From contig JALNYO010000022.1 in the NCBI GenBank assembly GCA_023229765.1, positions 1-32,000 of the forward strand: a stretch of DNA of 32,000 nucleotides, given 5' to 3'. Below the pieces are notes generated by a model. That model saw nothing but the letters and a program-made list of their open reading frames with translations. It did no database searches and was not told where the DNA came from. Both the position numbers and the translations under genes were made by a program. The stretch comes from Syntrophales bacterium (GTDB lineage Bacteria; Desulfobacterota; Syntrophia; Syntrophales; UBA5619). Below, piece by piece: positions 16,329 through 25,901 of this stretch. Positions within the stretch are counted from its first letter, which is position 1. Each line of letters starts with the position of its first letter.

Positions 16329-17792
16329 TCACCGACTGGTTCCCGGTGCAACGTGCCTGGTTTTGATAACCACCCGGACCACTGGAGGTTTGCCGCTCAC
16401 AAAACGGATATCCTTGGGGTAGCGAAGCGAGGGGGTGAAAGCTCGCTGGACATCCAGTTGCGACAAATCAACCGGATCGGTGATGATTCGGACCCGTTTG
16501 CCGCTGAGAGTTTTAGGAATTAGCACCCGCGCCTCCCTTGGCGTCACCGTAATCGACTCTACCTCAATGCCGGCAGGAGGCTTGTTATCGGTAATGGCCT
16601 CGATTGGCACGCTCACCGGTAGGAGACGAGAGGTTGACACGATGACCCTCTCCGGGCTTATGCTGGTCACACTAAGATTCGGCGCATTTTTTACCATTTT
16701 TCCCGTCAGTAATATTTCCTGCTTTCCCGGACGGATTTTTTCAAGATCAAGCGATATTTTCAGGTCGGCAGGATTAAGCAGCTGCAGTGCCTGGGCGTGT
16801 CCCATCAGCATTACATTGGCTTCCGCAATTTTTGGCTCTTCTATAACCAGCTCCATGGGCGCGTTGAGGTACTCGATCGGCACTGCGAATTCCCGCCGGA
16901 TTATCTCCCGCTGATAGCCGAAAACAACCCACAAGATGCAGGCCAGAACGATGGCGAGAACCTTCTCGCGCGTATTCTCCTTGAGCCATCGGAGGAAAGG
17001 TTTCTGACGGGAAAGGGCGCCGTTTTTCTCGAAAAAAGCTTCCAACTCAACTCGCAGGGCAGACGCATTGGCAATTTTTCTAATTTTTTCTCCGCTGGCG
17101 AGGGAAATATCGCCGCTTTCTTCGGAGACCACGATGCAGATGGCATCCGATCTTTCCGAGAGTCCCAGCGCTGCGGTATGCCTGAGACCAAGGTTGCCTT
17201 GAGTGGAGGCATTGGCGGAAAGAGGAAGGTGGCATCCGAAACGCATGACCCGATTGCCTTCGACAAGGACGGCGCCGTCATGACCCGAGGAATGGGGATC
17301 GAAGACGCTGTCGAGCAGAGCCTTGCTGATGACTCCCGCTAGTTCGTTACCACCGGTAAGGTGACGGTCCAGAGGATCCTTCCCCTGAATAACGATCAAG
17401 GCGCCTATTTTCTTGCGTGCAAAATCGGCCGCTGTTTCCGCCAGGATATCGGTGCTTTCGTTGAAGGAGGCGGCCGGCGAGAACATCTTGCGGAAGTGTC
17501 CGAGCATGGCGAGCCGCTCAAAAAATCGGCGCAGATCCTCCTGAAAAATAACGACAAGAACGAAAAGCAGGATTGCAAAGAAGGACTGGAGAAAGACGGT
17601 GGTCAGATAGAGTTCGAAGAAACGGGCGATGATATAAATAGCGCCTAAAAGCGTGATTCCAAAAAAAACAAAACGCGACGCCCGATCCTTGAACCAGATG
17701 AGGATTGCCGAGATCATGAACGAGATGATCGCGATATCAAGTATATCCAATAAACGGATCATTTTTATAATCTTCAGGGCATATTCGAGCAT
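16329..17792 (-). CDS. cdaA: Diadenylate cyclase CdaA fused to YbbR/CdaR-like domains
   Basis: Three N-terminal TM helices, then a DAC domain (GALIVIQG, HDGAVLVEG, GLRHTAALGLSE, ICIVVSEESGDISL). Next come a fourth TM helix (VLAIVLACILWVVFGY) and about 170 aa of YbbR-like repeats (FAVPIEYLN...). The start is uncertain: the ORF extends to 17861 with ATGs at 17861, 17819, 17792 and 17762. I chose 17792 by comparing N-terminal spacing with the B. subtilis CdaA sequence as I recall it. Confidence 0.8.
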   Translation of the reverse strand: MLEYALKIIKMIRLLDILDIAIISFMISAILIWFKDRASRFVFFGITLLGAIYIIARFFELYLTTVFLQSFFAILLFVLVVIFQEDLRRFFERLAMLGHFRKMFSPAASFNESTDILAETAADFARKKIGALIVIQGKDPLDRHLTGGNELAGVISKALLDSVFDPHSSGHDGAVLVEGNRVMRFGCHLPLSANASTQGNLGLRHTAALGLSERSDAICIVVSEESGDISLASGEKIRKIANASALRVELEAFFEKNGALSRQKPFLRWLKENTREKVLAIVLACILWVVFGYQREIIRREFAVPIEYLNAPMELVIEEPKIAEANVMLMGHAQALQLLNPADLKISLDLEKIRPGKQEILLTGKMVKNAPNLSVTSISPERVIVSTSRLLPVSVPIEAITDNKPPAGIEVESITVTPREARVLIPKTLSGKRVRIITDPVDLSQLDVQRAFTPSLRYPKDIRFVSGKPPVVRVVIKTRHVAPGTSR

Positions 17793-18069
17793 GGCGAATC
17801 CCGTTTGGGTTCCCTTCATGTGAAAGAGGGTAATTTCCCGGGTAAGGCAGTTCCTTCCCATTTTTTTCTTAAGGACATATAACCAAAAGCCCTTATAAGT
17901 GTCAAGAAATTATCCGTTGCGGGGAAGAATACCTGTTTCACGAAGCTATTTGTCCTACGATAACGCCTCTGGATTTACGCGTACATGTTTTTATTGTATT
18001 TTTTATGCGGTCTCGGATATATTCAGCGGCGAGGGCGAAAGGTCGCCGCTGCTATAAGTGGGAGAGGCT

Positions 18070-18867
18070 ATGCTCGATCAGGTGCAGGAAAAAATTCTGG
18101 ACAGCGTCGCGAAGATGATCGTGAACGCGAAACGTGTCGTCTGCTTTACCGGAGCGGGAGTCAGCACGGAATCGGGGATTCCTGATTTCCGCAGCCCAGG
18201 CGGCATCTGGACGAAGTTTGATCCGGATGATTTTACGATCGACAAGTTTATGAAAAGCCCGCAAACCAGGCAAAAGCAATGGGAGCTGCTGCTGTCGGGC
18301 GGTTTGTTGACGGATGCTTCGCCCAACAGGGCGCATCGGGCCATTGCCGAACTGGAGAAGAGCGGCAAACTGGCCTGTATCATAACCCAGAATATTGATG
18401 GTCTCCACCAGAAGGCGGGTAACGACCCTGCCCGGGTTTTTGAACTCCACGGAAATGCCCGTACGGCGCTTTGTGTTGACTGTCGCACCCGCTATCCCAT
18501 CGAAGAAATTCTCTCTATGAATCCTGATAGAAAAGAAGCGCCCGTCTGTAAACAATGTGGCGGCATTTTGAAGCCGGACGTCATTTTTTTCGGAGAGGCG
18601 CTGCCCGAAGAAGCGTTGCGCCAGGCGGCATTTCACGCCGGCTGCTGTGATCTTTTCATCGTTGTCGGTTCTTCCCTTGTCGTTTATCCCGCCGCCTCCC
18701 TGCCCCAGCATGCAAAAGCGGGAGGGGCAAAAATGGTCATCATTAATTTTACTCCCACCCCGCTGGACGAACTGGCCGATCTGGTGATCCATTGCGCGGC
18801 TGGAGAAGCGCTGGAGAGGATTATTGCCGCAAGCGGGCTGTCTTCATTCGCAAACCATCAATTATAA
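18070..18867 (+). CDS. cobB: NAD-dependent protein deacylase, SIR2 family (CobB-type sirtuin)
   Basis: GAGVSTESGIPDFRSPGG, QNIDGLHQKAG, catalytic FELHGN, and a Zn ribbon CVDC...CKQCGG. ATG at 18070 is preceded by GGGAGAGG. The track ORF starts 12 nt earlier at a GTG. Confidence 0.85.
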   Translation: MLDQVQEKILDSVAKMIVNAKRVVCFTGAGVSTESGIPDFRSPGGIWTKFDPDDFTIDKFMKSPQTRQKQWELLLSGGLLTDASPNRAHRAIAELEKSGKLACIITQNIDGLHQKAGNDPARVFELHGNARTALCVDCRTRYPIEEILSMNPDRKEAPVCKQCGGILKPDVIFFGEALPEEALRQAAFHAGCCDLFIVVGSSLVVYPAASLPQHAKAGGAKMVIINFTPTPLDELADLVIHCAAGEALERIIAASGLSSFANHQL

Positions 18868-18877
18868 TGGGTTAAGT

Positions 18878-19642
18878 ATGTGCCTTTTACTTTTTGCCTG
18901 GAGGGTTCACGCCGATTATCCGCTGGTGCTTGCCGCCAACCGCGATGAGTTCTACGAGAGACCCTCCGCTCCGGTCGATTTCTGGGACGACGAGCCGGAG
19001 ATTCTTGCCGGGCGCGATCTGAAAGAAGGGGGAACCTGGCTCGGGATTACGCGAACCGGCAGGATTGCCGCCTTGACGAATTACCGCGATCCCGCCTCGT
19101 TGAAGGCAAGCGCCCCTTCGCGCGGAGGGCTGGTGAGCGGGTATCTTCGCGGCGATAAAAATGCAACGAGCTATCTTGAGGGGCTTGCACTGGATGCCGG
19201 TAAATACAACGCTTTCAATCTGCTGCTCGGGGATTGTTCCAGTCTTTATTATTTTTCGAACCGAGGTTCGCAGAAGTGGTTGGAACCGGGAATCTACGGC
19301 ATAAGCAATAGTCTGATAGATGTTCCCTGGCCGAAGGTTCTGCTGGGAAAAAGGAAACTCGCAAAGCTGCTCGCCGGCAAGAGGAAGCCGACGTCAGAGT
19401 GGCTCTTCGAGCTTTTATCCGACCACAGCCGGCCGCCCGATGACCAGCTTCCCGAAACGGGGGTCGGGGTGGAATGGGAGAGGGTTCTCTCTTCCCTTTT
19501 CATTCAGAGCCCCTCCTATGGGACGCGCTCATCGACGGTTTTGCTGGTCGATAATAACGGGAGAATAACATTTACCGAGCGGGTGTTTAACGAACACGGC
19601 GCCCCGTGGATGACGACGAAAACGGCGTTCAGTTCCGTATAA
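18878..19642 (+). CDS. NRDE family protein (DUF833 / TANGO2-like)
   Basis: N-terminus MCLLLFAW...LVLAANRDEFYERP carries the eponymous NRDE motif and Cys2. GGTWLG block present. The ATG at 18878 gives the family-typical Met-Cys start, so the track ORF is 18 codons too long. Confidence 0.8.
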   Translation: MCLLLFAWRVHADYPLVLAANRDEFYERPSAPVDFWDDEPEILAGRDLKEGGTWLGITRTGRIAALTNYRDPASLKASAPSRGGLVSGYLRGDKNATSYLEGLALDAGKYNAFNLLLGDCSSLYYFSNRGSQKWLEPGIYGISNSLIDVPWPKVLLGKRKLAKLLAGKRKPTSEWLFELLSDHSRPPDDQLPETGVGVEWERVLSSLFIQSPSYGTRSSTVLLVDNNGRITFTERVFNEHGAPWMTTKTAFSSV

Positions 19643-19687
19643 CGACTGCAAGGCAGCAGAAGGGCCATGTTTGACGGGAAACCTGTA

Positions 19688-21280
19688 CTACCACGGATCG
19701 ACAAAATCGTGGCCTGTCCCTCTGGCGCCTCCGGCGGGAACGGACTTCAACCCCTGTATAATCCACTTTCGCGTATCCGCCGGATCAATGACCGCATCGA
19801 TTTCAAGGTAAGAGGCCATGTTGATGGCTTTACCCCTTTCAACCAACTGGGCCACCAGTTTATCGTAGAGGGCTTCACGCTCCTGAAGGTTCTCAATGGC
19901 CTCAAGCTCTTTCTTGAAACCGGCTTTCACCGCCCCTTCCAGCCCCATGGCGCCGAATTCTCCGGTCGGCCAGGAAGCGGTGAAGAAGGATTCATGGAAG
20001 CCGCCCTTGGCCATGGCCATCGCGCCGAGGCCGTATCCCCTGCGTAAAACCACGGTAAAATAAGGCACCGTGACATGGGCGCCGGTCACAAACATGCGAC
20101 AGGCATGGCGAACCTGGGCGCGCTTCTCGATCTCCGGTCCCACCATGAATCCCGGTGTATCGCACAGGGAGAGGATCGGGAGACCATGAGCATTGCATAG
20201 CTGCATGAATCGGGCGGCCTTATCCGCGCCTTCCGCTTCAATCGCTCCGGCCATGTGCATGCAGTTATTGGCCATGAGGCCGAAAGGCCTCCCTTCGATG
20301 CGGATCAATCCCGTAATCATCTCTGGGCCGAATTGGGGCCGCAACTCGAGAAAGGAGCCCTTGTCGGCCAGCGCTTCGATTACGGTCCGCACGTTATAAA
20401 TGCGCCGCCGGCTTTCCGGAATCAAACCGCGCAGAATACGCTGGTCGGCGGCCTCCCATGGCGAAGTCGCTCCCTGAAAATAGGAAAGGTATTTTCTGGC
20501 CACAGCCACCGCCTCCGGATCAACGGCCACGGCGATGTCCACCACGCCATTATGGATTTGCACATCCAGCGGGCCGATTTCCTCCGGTTTAAAAACACCG
20601 AGTCCGCCCCCTTCAATCATCACCGGACCACCCATGCCGATGTTGGAATTTTGGGTAGCAATAATCACATCACAGCAGCCAAGCAAGACGGCGTTGCCCG
20701 CAAAGCAGGGCCCCGATACGATGCCTACCAGCGGGACCCTGCCGCTCAGGTTTGCGAACGAGCCGAAGGTGGACAAATCAAGACCCGCCACCATTACCCC
20801 GGCAGCGTCGATATCGCCCGGCCTTCCGCCGCCGCCTTCCGCGAAGAGAACAACGGGCAGGCGCTGCTCGTGCGCCAATTTCAGCATGCGGTCCATCTTT
20901 TTGTGATTGAAATAACCCTGGGTGCCGGCCAGAACCGTATAATCGTAGGCCATGATCATGCAGCGGGACTTGTCGTCTCCAAACAAAGAGCCATTCACCG
21001 ATCCGATCCCCGCGATCAAGCCATCGGCCGGGGTCCTGCTGACGAGATCGTCCGCGGATCGGCGCCCTCGCTGCGCGGCGACTGCCAAAGCGCCGTATTC
21101 AATAAAACCGTCGTTATCACAGAGGTCTGTGACGTTGGCGCGAGCCGTGCGCCGTTTTTTTTGCTGCTGCCGCGCCACCGCTTCGGGACGTCGTTCATCA
21201 AGGCCGAGTGCATGCCTCTCGATGACCTCCGCCAGTTCGGGACGTATCGAATCCTTATGGGTTTCCTTATCAACCGCCAT
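19688..21280 (-). CDS. Acyl-CoA carboxylase carboxyltransferase (beta-subunit family) protein
   Basis: 530-aa ORF with two crotonase-like carboxyltransferase halves (MAYDYTVLAGTQGYFNHKK, LFAEGGGGR, SLCDTPGFMVGPEIE). Substrate specificity is not assignable by eye. Confidence 0.85.
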   Translation of the reverse strand: MAVDKETHKDSIRPELAEVIERHALGLDERRPEAVARQQQKKRRTARANVTDLCDNDGFIEYGALAVAAQRGRRSADDLVSRTPADGLIAGIGSVNGSLFGDDKSRCMIMAYDYTVLAGTQGYFNHKKMDRMLKLAHEQRLPVVLFAEGGGGRPGDIDAAGVMVAGLDLSTFGSFANLSGRVPLVGIVSGPCFAGNAVLLGCCDVIIATQNSNIGMGGPVMIEGGGLGVFKPEEIGPLDVQIHNGVVDIAVAVDPEAVAVARKYLSYFQGATSPWEAADQRILRGLIPESRRRIYNVRTVIEALADKGSFLELRPQFGPEMITGLIRIEGRPFGLMANNCMHMAGAIEAEGADKAARFMQLCNAHGLPILSLCDTPGFMVGPEIEKRAQVRHACRMFVTGAHVTVPYFTVVLRRGYGLGAMAMAKGGFHESFFTASWPTGEFGAMGLEGAVKAGFKKELEAIENLQEREALYDKLVAQLVERGKAINMASYLEIDAVIDPADTRKWIIQGLKSVPAGGARGTGHDFVDPW

Positions 21281-21452
21281 CGTGCGCTTTCCTTTCCCGC
21301 TTCGGATGATGGGTAAAGTAAAGGAGATTTGTCAACATTTCATCAAATCTCGTATGCTTGACTCGTGGTGAAAGGCTTTTTCGGCCATTACAGTTTTTTT
21401 CTTGCTGCCGAATCGCTGATTGCGGAGAGCAAGGCAGTTGCTGCCCGTAATC

Positions 21453-22850
21453 CTATTTTCCAATGCAGAATTTGGAAAATATTCTGTTCAGGATATCTTC
21501 GTTTGAGGTTTTTCCGACTATTTCTCCGATGAAGTCCAGTGCTTCCCGGATTTCCAGGGCGACGATTTCCGCGGGCATGCCGTTGACAAGGCCAGAAGCG
21601 GCTCTGCTAAGGCATTCTTTCGCATTCTCCAGAGAGGTTTTTTGGTGCGAGTGGGCAATAGTCGCAGACGGAGCTTCCCCGGCCTCCGTGTTGACCGCGA
21701 GTTTACGGATGGCGGCGGTGAGAATATCGATTCCTTCGCCATACTTTGCCGAAATTCTCAGAGCCGGTGACAACCCTTCTGGTAAAAGGCCTGTCAGTGA
21801 TTTTTCGTCCGCCCGGGGGGGCAGATCGGATTTGTTGAAAACCAGCAGAACCTTTTTTCCGGATATCTTTTTTAACAGCTCCCGGTCGTCGGTCGTTATC
21901 TCCCTGCTTGCGTCAAGCAGAAAGATAATGGCATCGGCGCTATCAGCTTTTTCCCAGAGAAAGGCGATGCCCTCCTTTTCAATGTCATCCTGGGGGACGC
22001 GCAGCCCGGCGGTGTCGGTCAAACGCACGGGAATTCCCTCCATATCCGCAGTTTCTTCGATAAAATCCCGTGTCGTTCCCGGGGTGGATGAGACGATGGC
22101 CCTTTTTCCTCCAAGGAGTCTGTTCAGCAGACTCGATTTACCGACATTGGGAGCTCCCGCAATCACGACGCCGAACCCCAACCGCTCTATTTTCCCCCGT
22201 TTGTAGGTAGCGACGAGAGACGTTATCTTATCGATGACGCGATTTATTTTCAAAATATGATCGTCCGCTGTTTCCCCCATTCCCTCCTCGGCGGTGAAAT
22301 CGAGCGCGGCCTCTATGGCGGCGACCATGTCCAGTAGTTCTTCCCTGATTTCCTGTATTTGACTGGAAAGACCTCCTTGCAGACGGTTAAAGGCGGCCTT
22401 CAAGCCCTTCCCTGTCTGCGCTTTTATCAGGTCATTAACAGCCTCGGCTTGCGCAAGATCCAGACGGTTGTTCAGAAAGGCCCGTTTTGTGAACTCACCG
22501 GGGGCTGCCGGACGGGCTCCTGCCCGGAGAACCGCCTCCAGCAGGGTTTGGGTGATAAGGGCGCCGCCGTGACAGCTTATTTCCAGGGTGTCTTCTCCGG
22601 TAAATGAATGCGGCCCCCGGAAGAGGGTTAGCAAAACCTCGTCGAGCAACTCCTTTGTCTCCGGGGACACTATTTGGCCGTGGTAAAGGTGATGAGAGTG
22701 AAAATTATGCGGGGGCAAGGGGCTGAAAATCTGGAGTGCAATGTTCTCCGCGTCCGGTCCGCTTATCCGGATTACGCTTATGCCGCCAACACCGGGGGGG
22801 GTCGCAATGGCGGCAATGGTGTCCCTGAACATCATGATTTTATTTGCCAT
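21453..22850 (-). CDS. mnmE: tRNA modification GTPase MnmE (TrmE)
   Basis: DTIAAIATPPGVGGISVIRISG N-terminus. G domain has GAPNVGKSSLLN and DTAGLR. The C-terminus has the hallmark FCIGK. The start is uncertain: ATGs at 22889, 22850 and 22835, none with a clear SD. Confidence 0.9.
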   Translation of the reverse strand: MANKIMMFRDTIAAIATPPGVGGISVIRISGPDAENIALQIFSPLPPHNFHSHHLYHGQIVSPETKELLDEVLLTLFRGPHSFTGEDTLEISCHGGALITQTLLEAVLRAGARPAAPGEFTKRAFLNNRLDLAQAEAVNDLIKAQTGKGLKAAFNRLQGGLSSQIQEIREELLDMVAAIEAALDFTAEEGMGETADDHILKINRVIDKITSLVATYKRGKIERLGFGVVIAGAPNVGKSSLLNRLLGGKRAIVSSTPGTTRDFIEETADMEGIPVRLTDTAGLRVPQDDIEKEGIAFLWEKADSADAIIFLLDASREITTDDRELLKKISGKKVLLVFNKSDLPPRADEKSLTGLLPEGLSPALRISAKYGEGIDILTAAIRKLAVNTEAGEAPSATIAHSHQKTSLENAKECLSRAASGLVNGMPAEIVALEIREALDFIGEIVGKTSNEDILNRIFSKFCIGK

Positions 22851-22934
22851 TGTGTATATTAATAAACAGAGAAATTTGCATGCGCGCAATTCCCTGGATT
22901 GTTCCGCAACCTAAGCCTCTCTGCCCTTGAATAT

Positions 22935-23882
22935 TTATTCCTCATCGCGCAGGTTTGTCGCAACGTCGTTTGCAGCGGCTTGTTCCTGCCTTGCCGGGAC
23001 GATGACGATTTTGCGATACTCTCCCTCGCCGCGACTGATGGTCGTAAGCGCTTTGTCATTTTTCAAGGCAAGATGGATGATGCGGCGGTCGTGGGGGTTC
23101 ATGGGGCCAAGCGTTACCGGCTTGCGTGTTTTTTTGACCTTTTTGGCGGTTTGCATGGCCGTTGTCAGCAGGGATTCTTCCCGCCTTTTTCGGTACTCCT
23201 CGGTGTCTATGACAATCCGTTTGCCGTCGTTTATGGAGTGGTGAACAGCCTTGTTCACTATATACTGAATGGCGTCGAGGTTCTGCCCCCCCTTGCCGAT
23301 CAGCAGGCCATCCCCATCTCCTTGAATCTTAAGGATCACCATATCCGCTGCTTCCTGTAGCTTTACCCGGGCAGGGATATTCATTCTTGACAGTATTCCT
23401 TCGACAAGTTCCAGCGCTTTTATCGCTTCCGGTTGGGCGGGAGAGGGGGCATCCGAAAGGTCTGCGGGAGCAGTGTCTTTTGCGGCCGACCGTTTTTGGT
23501 TACAACCTCCATCAGAACTAACTGACGGGGAATTCCTTTCCGGATTACGTTTCTTTTTTGCAGCCTTGACTTCGGTTTTATTTTCCATTCTCTTTTCCCG
23601 TACCGTCGGGGAAGGGAAGGGCGCCAATGTTGGACTTGCGTTTACTGCGGGCGAAAGAACAGGCGCAAACGGAGGGGCGTCATTTATTAGATTATCAAGC
23701 TCCCGGTCGATATGCAGAACGCCGGCCCTGATCAGGGCCTTTTTGGAGCCAAATCCTAAAAAGCCTGGATTTCCCTCTGCAATTATCTCTATCTTCAGTT
23801 TTTCCCGTGTTGTCTGAAATTCCCTGCAAGCCTTTTCTATTGCTTCGTCTATTGTTTTGGCTTCAATATCAATCGCTTCCAT
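22935..23882 (-). CDS. jag: RNA-binding protein Jag/KhpB (Jag_N + KH + R3H)
   Basis: Jag_N is AKTIDEAIEKACREF. A low-complexity linker follows. KH domain has LLIGKGGQNLDAIQYIV and R3H has PMNPHDRRIIHLAL. Conserved position between yidC and mnmE. Confidence 0.85.
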   Translation of the reverse strand: MEAIDIEAKTIDEAIEKACREFQTTREKLKIEIIAEGNPGFLGFGSKKALIRAGVLHIDRELDNLINDAPPFAPVLSPAVNASPTLAPFPSPTVREKRMENKTEVKAAKKKRNPERNSPSVSSDGGCNQKRSAAKDTAPADLSDAPSPAQPEAIKALELVEGILSRMNIPARVKLQEAADMVILKIQGDGDGLLIGKGGQNLDAIQYIVNKAVHHSINDGKRIVIDTEEYRKRREESLLTTAMQTAKKVKKTRKPVTLGPMNPHDRRIIHLALKNDKALTTISRGEGEYRKIVIVPARQEQAAANDVATNLRDEE

Positions 23883-23935
23883 CTTGTGACTCTATCTCCA
23901 TTTTGAACATTAGCCACGCTCCCGAACCATCTTCC

Positions 23936-25633
23936 TCACGCCAGTTTTTTGTTGGTGTACATCTGCTGGCCGATGCTGATTACGTTATTGAGAAGCCAGT
24001 AAACAACGAGCCCCGAGGGGAAATTGAGGAACATGAAAGTGAAAATAATCGGCATAAACATCATTATTTTTGCCTGCATGGGGTCGGCGCCCGTCGGGGT
24101 CATCTTCTGCTGCATGAACATCGTTGCGCCCATAATCAGAGGCGTTATGTAGTAGGGATCCTTTGCGGAGAGATCCTGAATCCACCAGAAAAACGGGGCG
24201 TGGCGCAACTCGATCGCGTACAGCAGCGCCTTGTAGAGGCCGAAGAAAACGGGTATCTGCACGACCATCGGCAGGCAGCCGCCCATCGGGTTCACTTTAT
24301 GGGTTTTGTAGAGAGCCATCGATTCCTGGCTGAGCCGGGCCTTGTCATTCTTGTATTTTTCACGCAATTCCGCCATTTTGGGCTGTAGCTTCTGCATCTC
24401 CTTCATTGATCGGTAGCTCTTGTTTCCCAGCGGCCAGAAGATCAGCTTGATCAGAATCGTGAGCAGGATAATCGCTATTCCGTAATTATGAATATATCCG
24501 TAGATGAACTTGAGGGTAAGCAGCATCGGAATGGCAAGCCATTTCAACCAGTCTCCAAAATCGATGGCGTTCTCCAGCTTGATGCCCTGTGCCTTCAACA
24601 CATTGTAATCCTTGGGGCCGAGAAACAATTTGTACTTGAAGACGGACGGTTGCCCTGGCGGAACCACGTTCTTTGGCCCCAGCATACTTACAGAAACCAG
24701 ATCGCCTTGAGTTTTAACCAGCCTCATGCTTGTCAAGGAAGGGTTTTGCGGGATCATCGCGGCAATGAAGTATTTGCTTTCGAAGCCTCCCCAGGAGACA
24801 TAGGGCCCCATTGTTTTGTCCGCATCCATCTTCTTGACCGCGGGACGATCTATTTTATCGGCCACATAGGAAACCGGTCCATCGTGGCCGTAACTGTCGG
24901 TCGGCGCCTCCGGATCCACATACTGGTTCCAGGTGAGGGCCGCGTTTTCGTTGATTGGCGCATCCCGGAGGTTGTGCACCTTCACTTCCAGATCAAAGGC
25001 GTAGTTTTCGCGATTGAAGGTGAATATCTTGTCGATGCGCAGATCGCCGGGATAGGATTGCGTGAAGACGAGACTGCGGGTTGCTTCCCCTCTATTCAGA
25101 TCAAGCAGACTGCCCTGCGCCTCAAAAAAGGCGTTATCCGGAATATTGATCGTTGAGTCCGGAAAAGTTACGGTAAAGGGCAGGGGCATTCCCTCAGTTA
25201 CATGAACGAGCTCGATTGGCTGAGGCGCTTCATGAACCGGTTTTTTCTTGCCGATCAGCCCATAGAAGGTTTCGGCAATGTCTTTGGTGCCGGGAATAGA
25301 TGTTTTGTACTGCTTCAACTGAAAGGATTTTAGCGCCGCGCCTCGGGTGGTGAAGACCGCCCGGTAAAGGGGGGTTTCCACGACAACGTCTCGTTCGGAG
25401 CCGGTGATTGCGGCTGCGGACGTTATCGTACCCGCCGCGGTGGCGGCGCTGTTGGCTGCGACTGCCGGCAGCACGCTCTTCGGAGCCGAAGCAGGGGCCT
25501 TTTTATCCGCACCGGATACGGCGGCGGACTGCTGCTGCACAGGCGGTTTGACCGGGGGCTTGGCGAAGAAATATTGGTACCCCATCAAAACAACAACCGA
25601 AAGAACAACGGCAAGAATGGTTTTCTTGTCCAT
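23936..25633 (-). CDS. yidC: Membrane protein insertase YidC
   Basis: N-terminal TM helix, large periplasmic domain, and the C-terminal 60-kDa insertase core (GIAIILLTILIKLIFWPL..., NPMGGCLPMVVQIPVFFGLY). ATG at 25633 has a GGAGG SD 6 nt upstream. The track ORF starts 4 codons earlier. Confidence 0.9.
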   Translation of the reverse strand: MDKKTILAVVLSVVVLMGYQYFFAKPPVKPPVQQQSAAVSGADKKAPASAPKSVLPAVAANSAATAAGTITSAAAITGSERDVVVETPLYRAVFTTRGAALKSFQLKQYKTSIPGTKDIAETFYGLIGKKKPVHEAPQPIELVHVTEGMPLPFTVTFPDSTINIPDNAFFEAQGSLLDLNRGEATRSLVFTQSYPGDLRIDKIFTFNRENYAFDLEVKVHNLRDAPINENAALTWNQYVDPEAPTDSYGHDGPVSYVADKIDRPAVKKMDADKTMGPYVSWGGFESKYFIAAMIPQNPSLTSMRLVKTQGDLVSVSMLGPKNVVPPGQPSVFKYKLFLGPKDYNVLKAQGIKLENAIDFGDWLKWLAIPMLLTLKFIYGYIHNYGIAIILLTILIKLIFWPLGNKSYRSMKEMQKLQPKMAELREKYKNDKARLSQESMALYKTHKVNPMGGCLPMVVQIPVFFGLYKALLYAIELRHAPFFWWIQDLSAKDPYYITPLIMGATMFMQQKMTPTGADPMQAKIMMFMPIIFTFMFLNFPSGLVVYWLLNNVISIGQQMYTNKKLA

Positions 25634-25661
25634 TAAAACCTCCAAATTTATAACGTTATTT

Positions 25662-25901
25662 TCATTTTACCGGATCATACCCGCCGTGGTTCCACGGGTT
25701 GCAGCGGAGGATGCGCATGACGCCCATAAACATCCCCTTGAAAGGGCCGTAACGCTGCAAAGCAGTGATCGTGTATTCGGAACAGGTAGGGTAAAATCGA
25801 CAGTTGGAACCGATAAGCGGCGAAATGGCTATCTGGTAGATACGCACCAGTATCACCAGCAGTTTTCCGAATGTCACTGAAAAAATGTTTTTTTTAGACA
25901 T
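25662..25901 (-). CDS. yidD: Membrane protein insertion efficiency factor YidD
   Basis: 79-aa ORF with [19 protein letters not shown]...[16 protein letters not shown]. It overlaps the rnpA stop by 8 nt. Confidence 0.9.
   Translation of the reverse strand: MSKKNIFSVTFGKLLVILVRIYQIAISPLIGSNCRFYPTCSEYTITALQRYGPFKGMFMGVMRILRCNPWNHGGYDPVK

Noticed and set aside
18070-18867. SIR2 domain as a possible anti-phage defence effector (Thoeris, DSR or SIR2-HerA-like)
   Set aside because: The protein is a compact, canonical CobB-type sirtuin with a Zn ribbon and catalytic His. It has no fused sensor domain and no defence-type partner gene. The neighbours are housekeeping genes.
20255-21316. 353-aa + strand ORF. 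Similar long antisense ORFs occur at 3443-4198, 18052-18792, 27589-28356, 29750-30484 and 15599-16249.
   Set aside because: Each lies entirely antisense to a gene with clear family motifs. Their translations are Arg/Gly/Pro-rich and low in complexity with no recognisable domains. These are typical shadow ORFs of GC-rich coding DNA.
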